Source: Candidatus Eiseniibacteriota bacterium (GTDB lineage Bacteria; Eisenbacteria; RBG-16-71-46). Taken from it: a stretch of 64,000 nt of DNA. The position numbers and the translations under genes are program-made. Below, one piece after another: positions 1 to 14,334 of this stretch; the first letter of the stretch is position 1; the number at the start of each line of letters is the position of its first letter. The notes under the pieces are model-generated. The model had not been told where the DNA came from, ran no database searches, and saw only the letters and a program-made list of their open reading frames with translations. The stretch spans positions 672,001-736,000 of the forward strand of contig CAVUWA010000002.1 of NCBI GenBank assembly GCA_963744995.1, given 5' to 3'.

Positions 1-556
1 CGAACACACCGTAGACGAAGTTCGTGAGGCTCACGGCTGCGGCGACGAAGAACGGCGCGCGCGGTCCGAGACCACCGAGCAGCCCGCCGAGCGCCGGGCC
101 GATGATGAAGCCGATACCGAACGACGCCGAGATCATGCCGAAGTTCTGCGCGCGCTTCGCGGGCGGACTCACGTCGGCGACGAACGCGTAGGCCGGCGTG
201 ATCGAAGCGCCGGCCATGCCGGACAGGAAGCGGCCGAGGAACAGCCACCCCAGCGTCGGGGCGAAGCCCATGATCAGGTAATCCACACCGAGCGACGCGA
301 CCGAGAACAGCAGCACCGGACGCCGCCCGAAGCGATCCGACAGCCCGCCGAGGAGCGGCGCGCACAGGAACTGCATGATGGCGTAGATGAACGCCAGCCA
401 GCCGCCGTAGATCGCAACCCGGTTGACCGGATCGCCGGTCAGTTCGACCAGCAGCGCCGGCAGCACCGGCGCGATCAGGCCGAACGTGATCACGTCCAGC
501 AGGACGGTGATCATGACGAAGACGATGGCGTTCCTGCCTGCGGGTCGAGGGGGCAT
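1..556 (-). CDS. TetA-like MFS (DHA1/TCR) transporter, 3' end outside the window
   Basis: Not in the ORF track. Manual translation from ATG at 556 gives MPPRPAGRNAIVFVMITVLLDVITFGLIAPVLP...LGGLSDRFGRRPVLL (MFS motif A)...GRFLSGMAGA...GFIIGPALGGLLG (antiporter motif C). Confidence 0.9.
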   Translation of the reverse strand, partial: MPPRPAGRNAIVFVMITVLLDVITFGLIAPVLPALLVELTGDPVNRVAIYGGWLAFIYAIMQFLCAPLLGGLSDRFGRRPVLLFSVASLGVDYLIMGFAPTLGWLFLGRFLSGMAGASITPAYAFVADVSPPAKRAQNFGMISASFGIGFIIGPALGGLLGGLGPRAPFFVAAAVSLTNFVYGVF

Positions 557-711
557 GGTGAGGTCGGCGCATGGTGCACGGCGTCGTGGCCGTGCGCAAG
601 CTTGCGGCCGGCATCCGCGGGGTTCGGCGCGACCTCCGGCGATGCTACATTGCCCCGGTTCCGCTGCCGGCGCGCCGCACGACGGCGCGCGTCCCTCCGG
701 AGGATCTCCTC

Positions 712-1308
<597 letters not shown>

Positions 1309-1413
1309 GGGCCGGCCTTCGAACGCCGCCCGGATGCCGTCGTCCGGCCGTGCGCGGCGCTGCGCTGCGCCGACGTGCATTCCCGCTCGGCGGCGCGAGC
1401 AGCGCGGCCCGGC

Positions 1414-2658
1414 TCAACGATGCCGCGCCGCCTGGCGGGCGCGCCGCATCGGCTGTGTGCTCCGCACGGACCGTGCGCCCTGCGCGGGCCTCCCGACGAG
1501 TTTCCAGAAGCGCTTCTCGTCGAGCAGCGTGATGCGGTGCCCGCGTTCACGCAGGCGCTTGATCTCCATCAGCTTGATGCCGGCATCGCGTCCCGCGGCC
1601 TGCTGCGCGTTGGGGCGGCCACGGACGACGACGCTCGTGCGCGCCGACGGTCCACCGTGGACGATCGCGCCCGCGCGTCTCGCGGCGAGCGCGGCCTCGC
1701 GCCGCGGGCGGGCGAGGATCCCGGTGAACGCGAGGTGCACGCCTGCAAGCGAGCGAATCGCGCCGGGTCTGAGCACCGCCGGCGGATGTCGCAGCGCGTC
1801 GATCAGCTCGTCGGCGCTCTGATAGCGCTTGCGGCGCTCGCCGATGCAGCGGTAGATGATTTCCTTCAGATGGTCGCCGCAGTCGAGGCCGCGCACCTCC
1901 GACGTCCTGAGCCGCGCGCCGGCGTCGCCCCTGACCAGCATGCCGATCAGCTGGCCGACCTGGTAGACGTCGTCACGCGCCTGCCACTTGGGCGCGGCGG
2001 CATCGAGCACCTCGCTCGGCGCCATGGAGGCGTTGAGCGTGCGGGCGGTCACGCCGCGGCGGTCGCTCTGCTGGCGGACGATGCCGAAGTCGCCGAGCTT
2101 GAGCGCCGGGCCATCGCAGACGAACACGTTCATCGGCGTGAGATCACGGTGCAGCAGCTGGCCGCGATGCAGGCGGCCGAGCACACCGAGGATTCCCGCG
2201 ATTTCGCGGCGCACCTTCGTTTCGGTCCAGCCGCGTGCGGTGCGCGCGAGGAACTTGCGCAGGTCGCCGTGCGGTGCGTACTCGAGGGCGAGGCAGTAGA
2301 ACACCCGGCCGCGGCGCTCGAGCAGCGGGAAGGTGTCGTAGACGCGGATCGCACGCGGGTGTCCGTCGAGCAGCCGGCCGAAGTAGGCCTCGCGCAGCCA
2401 GCCGTCGATGTGCGGGCTCACCTTGATGCACACGGTTCCCGCAACGCGGCTCGAGCGTCCGCGACGCCGCGCGAGGAACGCCTGTCCGAAGCCGCCGGCG
2501 CCGATCAGCCGTTCGATCCCGTAGGTGAGACCGGTCTCGGGACTTTCGATCGCGTCGCCCGGAGCGAGCCAGCGTTCGGCGGGACCGACACGGGCCCGCA
2601 CCGAATCCATGCTCACGGTGGTGGCGGTGGTCGTGTGTTTTCTGGATCTCGGGCGCAT
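1414..2658 (-). CDS. Hanks-type Ser/Thr protein kinase with C-terminal BRCT domain
   Basis: Kinase motifs GAGGFG, VCIK, LREAY, HRDLTPMN, DFG, MAPSE, DDVYQVG. The C-terminus GVHLAFTGILARPRREA...GAIVHGGPSARTSVVVRG...AGIKL...ITLLDEKRFWKLV follows the NAD-ligase-type BRCT pattern. GAGGA precedes ATG 2658. Confidence 0.85.
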   Translation of the reverse strand: MRPRSRKHTTTATTVSMDSVRARVGPAERWLAPGDAIESPETGLTYGIERLIGAGGFGQAFLARRRGRSSRVAGTVCIKVSPHIDGWLREAYFGRLLDGHPRAIRVYDTFPLLERRGRVFYCLALEYAPHGDLRKFLARTARGWTETKVRREIAGILGVLGRLHRGQLLHRDLTPMNVFVCDGPALKLGDFGIVRQQSDRRGVTARTLNASMAPSEVLDAAAPKWQARDDVYQVGQLIGMLVRGDAGARLRTSEVRGLDCGDHLKEIIYRCIGERRKRYQSADELIDALRHPPAVLRPGAIRSLAGVHLAFTGILARPRREAALAARRAGAIVHGGPSARTSVVVRGRPNAQQAAGRDAGIKLMEIKRLRERGHRITLLDEKRFWKLVGRPAQGARSVRSTQPMRRARQAARHR

Positions 2659-2797
2659 CGCTTCCTCGTGCGAGGCGGATCGTGCGGGGAAGTCGCATTG
2701 TAGCCGCAGCGTGCGCGGCCGGGAAGGCGCGCCGGCACGCGAAAGCCCCGCCGGGTTCCGGCAGGGCTTCGCGGCTGCACTCGCGTGCACGGAACGG

Positions 2798-3247
2798 CTA
2801 CAGCGGCCACTCCCGCAGCATGCGCTCGGTCTCTTCGTAATGCCTGCTTTCGTCGGCGACGATGTTCTCGATCTGCACCTGAAGTCCCTTGTCACCGAAC
2901 TGCTCCGCCTGCGCCGCCCGCTCGGTGTAGTCGGCACGCGCGCGCTTCTCGGCGTCGAGCACCTTCTCCAGCATCTCGCGGTTGGTGTGCGCGTCCGGCG
3001 TCGGGCGCGCCTTCGTCGTCGGCTCGCCGCCGAGGGCGACGATCTTGTTCGCGAGGTACTGGGCGTGGCCCTGCTCCTCGGGGACCTCGGCGAGGAAGAA
3101 CTGCGCAAGCTGCGGGCGATACGGTCCCGTGACCTTCGCCGCATAGACGATGTACTGCGTGATCGCGCCGAGTTCGCCGGCGAGATCCTCGTTGAGTTTT
3201 TCGATCAGGGTCTTCTTGTCGACAGGTGCATCCAGGGTCCTGGTCAT
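2798..3247 (-). CDS. Ferritin-like/bacterioferritin-family four-helix-bundle protein
   Basis: LNEDLAGELGAITQY, EEQGHA, KIVALGGEP, DESRH di-iron-type ExxH motifs. GAGAGG RBS before ATG 3247. Confidence 0.85.
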   Translation of the reverse strand: MTRTLDAPVDKKTLIEKLNEDLAGELGAITQYIVYAAKVTGPYRPQLAQFFLAEVPEEQGHAQYLANKIVALGGEPTTKARPTPDAHTNREMLEKVLDAEKRARADYTERAAQAEQFGDKGLQVQIENIVADESRHYEETERMLREWPL

Positions 3248-3333
3248 GATCGCCTCTCTCCTTTCAAGTGATTGCCCTGTCATTAGATGCAGCGTCGGCC
3301 GGATCGATTCGAGACGGGTCCGGCGCCGCTGGA

Positions 3334-3561
3334 TCAGGTCGCCGAACGCGGCGACGAGCCGCCGGCGGCGGGCAGACCGAGCTTCCTCAGCAGCCGGAAC
3401 ATCGGACACGTTCCACTGAACGCCGACTGGATCAGGTTCAGACCCACGAACGCCGTGAACGCGAACCACCAGTGGTTCAACCAGATTCCAAGCGCGAGCG
3501 AAATCACGATGAACAGACCCGCCACGCCGCGCACACCATCATCGACTGTCATACGACGCAT
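3334..3561 (-). CDS. DUF2892/YgaP-like small membrane protein
   Basis: VRGVAG...FVGLNLIQSAFSGTCPMFRLLRKLG pattern with two TM helices and a conserved CP. Confidence 0.88.
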   Translation of the reverse strand: MRRMTVDDGVRGVAGLFIVISLALGIWLNHWWFAFTAFVGLNLIQSAFSGTCPMFRLLRKLGLPAAGGSSPRSAT

Positions 3562-3576
3562 CCTTCATTCCTCCGT

Positions 3577-3860
3577 CTATGCCTGCCGTTCGACCGGCAG
3601 GACGAACAGCCGGGTCACGCGGTCTTCCGCCGCGTCACGCCGGCGCACCATTTCTTCGAACATGTGATCCGTTGCGGCGTCCTCGGCGACGACGAACACG
3701 GACACCAGACCGCCGGGATGAACGCGGTCGCCCGTGTGCAGCCCGGTGCGGCCCGCGCCCTCGAGCACCGGCAGCGCGCTGTACCCGGTGGCGCCGAGCT
3801 CGACGAGATCGGCCTTCACCGCGTCGAAGCGCGCGGCGTCCGCGAGCACCAGCAGCATCT

Positions 3861-3864
<4 letters not shown>
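3577..3864 (-). CDS. PII-like (GlnB-fold) small protein
   Basis: 95 aa; MKMLLVL..., GATGYS, GAGRTG and C-terminal LFVLPVE are typical of PII-like proteins. Start overlaps the RND stop (ATGA). Confidence 0.7.
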
Positions 3865-7096
<3,232 letters not shown>

Positions 7097-7100
<4 letters not shown>

Positions 7101-8206
7101 TCGGCGACCTTCACGGGGCGGCCGTCGGCGAGACCGTCCGGATCCGTCGCGATGCGTTCGCCCGGCGCGAGGCCGGCCAGCACTTCGGCGCGGCCGTCCG
7201 CTTCGCGGCCGACGCGCAGCCAGCGCAGCCATGCGTGGTCGTCGCGCAGCACGTAGACGCCGGTGAGCGAGCCGCGCCGGATCAGCGCGGCGGCCGGCAC
7301 GATGATCGGCTCGGCCATCGCGCTGTCGGGAACCCCGCCGCCGGTGAGCCGTATGCGCGCGTAGCCGCCGGCTTCGAGCCGCGCGTGCGCGTCGGGCCGG
7401 AAGTAGGCGAGACGCGTACGCGTCGCCGGATCCGTCATGCCGTCCACGCGCACGATCGTCGCCGGATGCCATGGGCCGTCGCCGACCTGGTACGCGGCGG
7501 TGGCGCCGTCGAGGCCGGGCAGCGCTGACTCGGGCACGGCCGCTTCGATCTCGCCGACTTCGCGTGAACGCAGATCGAGAATCGGCTGGCCCGGGGTCAG
7601 CGTCTGGCCCGGGTCCACGTGGCGCCGCGACACGACGCCGTCGAAGGGCGCGGTGAGCGCGGCGTTTTCTTCCCACGATTGCAAGGCGGCACGCGCGCTC
7701 GAGAACGCGGCTTCGGCGGCCTGGCGTCCGACCGAAGCCATCTCGAGGTCGCGCTTCGCCGCCACGTTCTGCTCGAACAGCGTCCGCATGCGGGCTTCGT
7801 CCGTGCGCGCCTGCTCGACGCGCACGCGCGCCGCCTCGAGCGCTTCACGCGCCGACTGCACGGCATCGCGGGTCTCGGGCGCATCGAGGCGGGCGAGCAC
7901 CTGGCCCTTGCGGAACGGCGCGCCTTCACGCAGCGGCAGCGCGGTCAGGCGCCCGGTGATGCGCGAGGTGAGGGTGACTTCTTCGCGGGCCTTGATCCGG
8001 CCGGGCAGCACCAGCCCGCCGAGCGTGCCGGAATCGCCGGTCGTGAACGCGTGCACCGTGACCGCCGGGGCGGTGTCGCCGGCGGCGCCGTGCGAGGCCG
8101 TTTCACCGCCACAGCCGGCAGCCAGCAGCGCTGCACCGAGCAGGATGATCGAAAGCCCGGCCGCGGCGCGCGCCGTGACCGGACGTGTCCAGAATCTCGA
8201 GTCCAT
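7097..8206 (-). CDS. RND periplasmic adaptor (membrane fusion protein), lipoprotein
   Basis: Lipobox LAAGC; GRITAL-like ITGRLTALPLREG; coiled coil; APFDGVV; EVLAGLAPGERI. Confidence 0.9.
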
Positions 8207-8586
8207 GGGGTTTGCTCTCTCCCGATCCGGCGGACGCACCGCCCGTCCCTCACCGCCCGGCCTTTGCTAGGATGGCCGCGGCCCGTCGTGACTTCGGCAA
8301 CAAGCTCGTATCGATGGGTGAGTGCACGAATCCGGACAAAGGATTCGGCTGACGTTGAAAGCGATTGCAATCAAATGGGCTACGGACGAAATCGAGGCCG
8401 GGTCGAAAGCCGGCGTGCGGGTGCCCGGGCCACCGCTGGGAGCGGGATGCAGATGGCGAAGTTCGAGACGCAGGGGAGCGGGGCCGGCGCGACCGAAGGC
8501 ACCGCCGTGGCCACCGGCGGGGAGACGTGCGGGGGCGGCCGCACGTCCATGACCCCGATGAGGTGTCCGGCCGCAGGGGCAGGCGC

Positions 8587-9582
8587 GTGACGCGCGCGAC
8601 GGGTTCGGCGGCCACGGCGGGCGCCGCGGCGGATGCGGCGTTCGTGCGCATGCGCCGCGATCTCGAAGCGGCAGGTGCGCCGCGCGGCGCCACGCGTGAC
8701 GAGGAGCGCCGCCTGCTCGACGCGGCGAAGGCCGGCGATCCACGGGCGACGCGCCGGCTGCTCGACGGGGTTTCGGGCACGGTCTACCGCTTCGGCGTGA
8801 GCTTCTGCCGCGACCCGCACGACGCGGAGGACGTGATGCAGGACGTGTTCGCGGCCCTGGCTTCGAGTCTCGGCAGCTTCCGCGGTGACGCCTCGCTCTC
8901 GAGCTGGGCGTACGTCGTGGCGCGGCGGGCCTGTGCGCGCCGCCGCCGGCATCGCGCGGCCGAGCGCGATCGCGTGGCTTCGCTCGATTCGCCCCGCGAG
9001 GGGGGTGGCGCACGCGAAGTGGCCGACGAGCGCGGCGATCCGGCGCGGCTCACCGAGGCGCGCGAGCTGCGCGAGGTGCTGGAGCGCGCGATCCGCGACC
9101 TGCCCGGGGCGCAGCGCGACGTGCTCATGTTGCGTGACGTCGAAGGGCTGCCGACTCGCGAGGTCGCGCGGATGCTCGGCATGAATCAGCGTGCGGTGAA
9201 GTCACGGCTGCACCGCGCGCGGCTCGCCGTGCGTGCCCGCGTCGCCGCGTACCGGCGCGGCTCGGTTCAGCGTCCGCCCGGCTGCCCGGACACACCGCGC
9301 CTGCTCAGCCGGTTCCTCGAAGGCGAGATGACGGCTCGCGACTGTGCCGCGATCGAACGACACGTCGCCGGCTGCCGCTGGTGCCGGGCCGCGTGCACGG
9401 GGCTGCAGGACACGCTGCGGGCCTGCCGGCGCTGGGGCGACGCCCCGGTGCCGCGGACGATGCGCGCGCGTCTGCGCCGCGCCGTGCGCGCCGCGGTCGG
9501 CGGCGACGGCGCCGCACGACGCGGCACGCGCCGCCCCGCCCGCCGCCGTCCGACTGTTGCCGCGCGCGGAACGAGGTCGTAG
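8587..9582 (+). CDS. ECF RNA polymerase sigma factor with fused C-terminal zinc-finger (zf-HC2/ZAS-like) domain
   Basis: Sigma2 DAEDVMQDVF...FRGDASLSSW; sigma4 LRDVEGLPTREVARMLG...VKSRLHRAR; tail CPDTPRLLSRFLEGE...HVAGCRWC (HxxxCxxC). Start uncertain (GTG 8587 or ATG 8650). Confidence 0.88.
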   Translation: MTRATGSAATAGAAADAAFVRMRRDLEAAGAPRGATRDEERRLLDAAKAGDPRATRRLLDGVSGTVYRFGVSFCRDPHDAEDVMQDVFAALASSLGSFRGDASLSSWAYVVARRACARRRRHRAAERDRVASLDSPREGGGAREVADERGDPARLTEARELREVLERAIRDLPGAQRDVLMLRDVEGLPTREVARMLGMNQRAVKSRLHRARLAVRARVAAYRRGSVQRPPGCPDTPRLLSRFLEGEMTARDCAAIERHVAGCRWCRAACTGLQDTLRACRRWGDAPVPRTMRARLRRAVRAAVGGDGAARRGTRRPARRRPTVAARGTRS

Positions 9583-9630
9583 GCTGCGGGGTCGCCGACA
9601 CGCAGCACCATCCCCGATCAGGAGGCGCCG

Positions 9631-10005
9631 ATGTCGAACTCCCCGGACACCGCCGTTCCCGGCCGCCGGCAATTCTTGAAGGTCGTCGGTCTGGCCGGGC
9701 TCTCGTCCACGCTCGCCGCTCCGCTCGCGTTCGCCGCCGCCGGGGAGCCGGCCCGGGACAAGGCGCCCGCGAACGCGCAGGCGAAGCCCGCCCCGCCCGC
9801 GCCGGCGTCCGACCAGCCGCCCGAGATCTCCGACGAGGGCCGTGCGCTCGCCGAAGTCGTCCGCGTGCGCTACGGCGATCACCTCAACGCGGACCAGATG
9901 AGCGAGATCCAGAAGGAGCTCACGTGGCGCATGCGCGCGGGCGCCGCGCTGCGCCGATTCAAGCTCGCGAACGGCGACGAACCCGACTTCATCTTCAAGG
10001 CGTGA
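9631..10005 (+). CDS. Small Tat-signal protein, probable amidase partner subunit
   Basis: GRRQFLK twin-arginine signal; C-terminal LANGDEPDF; 7 nt upstream of the amidase; AGGAGG RBS. Confidence 0.75.
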   Translation: MSNSPDTAVPGRRQFLKVVGLAGLSSTLAAPLAFAAAGEPARDKAPANAQAKPAPPAPASDQPPEISDEGRALAEVVRVRYGDHLNADQMSEIQKELTWRMRAGAALRRFKLANGDEPDFIFKA

Positions 10006-10012
10006 GGCGACG

Positions 10013-11419
10013 ATGATCGACGAGAAGCTGTTCTTCACGCCCATCCGCGACATCGCCTACATGATCCGCAGGAACGAGGTGTCGCCCGTCGACCTGACCG
10101 CGGCGTGCCTCGACCGGCTCGAAACGCACGGGCGCCGTCTCAACGCGGTGGCGACGCTGATGCGCGACGCCGCCATGGCCGAGGCGCGCGAGGCCGAGCG
10201 CGAGATCCGCCGCGGCCGCTACCGCAGCCTTCTGCACGGCATTCCCTACGGCGTCAAGGACCTGCTCGCGACACGCGGGGTGCCGACGACGTGGGGCGCG
10301 GTGCCCTACCGTGATCAGGTGTTCGACTACGACGCGACGATCGTCGCGAAGCTGCGCGAATCGGGCGCGGTGCTGTGCGCGAAACTCGCCATGGTCGAAC
10401 TCGCGGGGGGCATGGGCTACAACGAGGCCAACGCCTCGTGGACGGGCCCCGGCCTCACGCCGTGGAACACGAAGTACTGGAGCGGCGGCTCCTCGAGCGG
10501 CCCCGGCGCGGCGGTGGCGTCCGGCTGCCTTCCGTTCGCGATCGGCTCCGAGACCTCGGGCTCGATCCTCACGCCGAGTGCGTTCTGCGGCGTGACCGGT
10601 CTGCGTCCGACCTACGGTCTCGTGTCCCGGCACGGCGCGATGGCATTGAGCTGGACGCTCGACAAGCTCGGCCCGATGGCGCGCTCGGCGGACGACTGCG
10701 CGCTCGTGCTGGCGGCGATCTCGGGACGGGATTCACACGACGAAACCAGCGTGGACCGGCGCTTCGTCTACACGCGCCGCGCGCTCGTGCCACATTCGCG
10801 CATGCGCATCGCGGTGCCGAAGGATGCCACGGAAGGCGTCCAGGCTGAGGTGCGCGAGAACTTCGAGGCGTCGATGAAGGTGATCGGCGACTGGTGCGAC
10901 ATCACCCGCGACGTCGAATGGCCCGATCTGCCCTGGGGCCCCGCGGTGTCGGCGATCGTCGCGGGCGAAGGCTCGGCCGCGTTCATCGACCTGATCGAGG
11001 CCGGTCGCGTGAAGGAACTCACCTGCCCGAAGGACCGCCACGGCGGCTACGCGGGCGCCGTGATTCCGGCCGTCGACTACATCCAGGCGATGCGCGTGCG
11101 CAAGCCGATGCAGCAGGCGGTGGCGAAGCTGTTCGAGCACTTCGACGCGATCGCGGCGCCCACGCGCTCCACGGTCGCCTATCCGGCGGACGTCACCTTC
11201 GACAAAGCGTACCCGGGCGTGCGCAGCGGACCGCCGCTGATTCCCGCGGGGAATCTGATCGGCGCACCCGCGATCGCCATGCCCAACGGATTCGGGGAGA
11301 ACGGGCTGCCGACTTCCGTGTCGTTCATGGGCCCGGCTTTTTCGGAAGAGAAACTCGTGCAGATCGGCGTCGGCTACCAGGATCGCACCGACTGGCACCT
11401 GCGCCAGCCGCCGGCATGA
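10013..11419 (+). CDS. Amidase-signature family enzyme (GatA-like)
   Basis: HGIPYGVKD, GGSSSG, GSETSGSI, GLRPTYG. Confidence 0.93.
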   Translation: MIDEKLFFTPIRDIAYMIRRNEVSPVDLTAACLDRLETHGRRLNAVATLMRDAAMAEAREAEREIRRGRYRSLLHGIPYGVKDLLATRGVPTTWGAVPYRDQVFDYDATIVAKLRESGAVLCAKLAMVELAGGMGYNEANASWTGPGLTPWNTKYWSGGSSSGPGAAVASGCLPFAIGSETSGSILTPSAFCGVTGLRPTYGLVSRHGAMALSWTLDKLGPMARSADDCALVLAAISGRDSHDETSVDRRFVYTRRALVPHSRMRIAVPKDATEGVQAEVRENFEASMKVIGDWCDITRDVEWPDLPWGPAVSAIVAGEGSAAFIDLIEAGRVKELTCPKDRHGGYAGAVIPAVDYIQAMRVRKPMQQAVAKLFEHFDAIAAPTRSTVAYPADVTFDKAYPGVRSGPPLIPAGNLIGAPAIAMPNGFGENGLPTSVSFMGPAFSEEKLVQIGVGYQDRTDWHLRQPPA

Positions 11420-11484
11420 GAAGGCATCGCCCACCCCGTCGCACGCCGGTCACGGCGCGCGGCGTTCACGAAGGAGAACAGGTC

Positions 11485-11856
11485 ATGAAGATCCACCGTG
11501 GAATCCCCATGCTGCTCGCGGCACTCGCGCTTGCGATGGCCGTCGCGGGCTGCGCCAGTCCCGTGGACCAGGTCGTGAAGAACGACGAGATGCGCGGTCA
11601 GATGATGGACAAGATCAGCGGCAACGCCGCGATGACCGTGGACCTCATGAAGCGCCTGCTCGGCTCGGAGGAGTCGCAGGGCATCGTGCTCGATCAGGTG
11701 CTGAGCAACACCGACGCGACCCAGTCGCTCATGCTGCGCATGGCGAAGGACCAGACGATGGTGGACGGCATCCTCAACACGGCCATGCAGGATCCTGCAA
11801 TGCGCGAACACCTGGTGACGCTGTTCAAGGGCGTGCAGATGGCGGGAGGGAAGTAG
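11485..11856 (+). CDS. Met-rich helical lipoprotein of unknown function
   Basis: AAGGAG RBS, signal peptide with lipobox VAGC, coding-like codon usage. Confidence 0.75.
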   Translation: MKIHRGIPMLLAALALAMAVAGCASPVDQVVKNDEMRGQMMDKISGNAAMTVDLMKRLLGSEESQGIVLDQVLSNTDATQSLMLRMAKDQTMVDGILNTAMQDPAMREHLVTLFKGVQMAGGK

Positions 11857-11953
11857 CCATGCCGACCGCGGCGGGCGCCCGGCCCTCGTGCCGGGCGCCA
11901 CGTCCGGGCCGGCCGGGTCCGCGCGCGCCGTTCCGCCGGCGGGGTCGGGCCTC

Positions 11954-13576
<1,623 letters not shown>

Positions 13577-13645
13577 GCGAGCTGAAGTCGTGGCTGGGAC
13601 GGAGGGCGATGGAACGCCCTGGCGCGGCGGGCGACTCGCGACGCG

Positions 13646-14098
13646 GTGTGCCTGCTGGCGCCGAAGCTCACGCCAAAGATCGCGGACGAGCTGCTGGCGG
13701 CGGCCACCGGCCGTTCGAAGCGGGCGCTGAAACTGTACCTGGCGAATCGGTTTCCAACGCCGGACCTGGTGATGGCGGTGGCCCGCCTCGAGCCGGCCGG
13801 GGCAGCGTTACGTTCCCCGGGGAACGTCACTGAGCCGCCGATGGCACGTGCCCCGGAGGAGGTCGCCCCGACGTCGCGCCCGCAGGTGGCGCCGCTCGCG
13901 CCGGAGCGCTACGGAGTGCGTTTCACGATGGGACAGGCGACGCATGAAGCGAAGCAGGCGTTCGAGCAGCTGGCGGGCAGGAAGGTGACGCCGGAGCAGA
14001 TGAACGAGGCGCTGCGGCGCGGCTTCGAAGCCATGGCTGCGGCGATCGAGAAGCGACGCTTCGCCGCGACCGACCGGCCGCGCCGCACCGAATGCTAG
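13646..14098 (+). pseudogene. Internal fragment of a DUF222/HNH-endonuclease-type protein
   Basis: LLAPKLT...ADELLAAATGRSK...RFPTPD, VAPLAPERYGVRFT and IEKRRFAATDRPR resemble the middle of HNH-associated proteins as recalled. No convincing start; stops before any HNH motif. Confidence 0.6.
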
Positions 14099-14334
14099 CT
14101 GCCGCCGTTGCGCTCCCGCAGGTGTCCGAACCCCGAATCCTCGCCGAGCATCTGGTCGTCGACCCACGCGTCGATGACGCTTCTGCGGAAGCGCCATTCC
14201 TTGCCGAGCTTGGCGGCAGGGATGCGCTTCTCCTGCGCCCACTTGTAGATCGTCTGCGGCTTGAGGCGCAGGTAATGGGCGACCTCTTCGATCGTCATGA
14301 TCTCGTGATCGGATGCCGAAGCGTGGTCGGTCAT
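14095..14334 (-). CDS. Excisionase/BldC-like (HTH_17, MerR-type) DNA-binding protein
   Basis: IMTIEEVAHYLRLKPQTIYKWAQEKRIPAAKLGKEWRFRRSVIDAW. TGATG coupling with the upstream gene. Confidence 0.9.
   Translation of the reverse strand: MTDHASASDHEIMTIEEVAHYLRLKPQTIYKWAQEKRIPAAKLGKEWRFRRSVIDAWVDDQMLGEDSGFGHLRERNGGS

Noticed and set aside
1..556. Calling the MFS gene a bona fide tetA resistance gene
   Set aside because: Only family-level motifs are visible, there is no adjacent tetR or mobile context, and the gene is partial.
10013..11419. gatA of the GatCAB amidotransferase
   Set aside because: No gatB is adjacent, the partner has a Tat signal, and the motif is GSETSGSI rather than the usual GatA GSDTGGSIR.
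14095..14334. Prophage excisionase marking a prophage
   Set aside because: No integrase or phage genes are nearby, and it is coupled to a membrane-protein gene.
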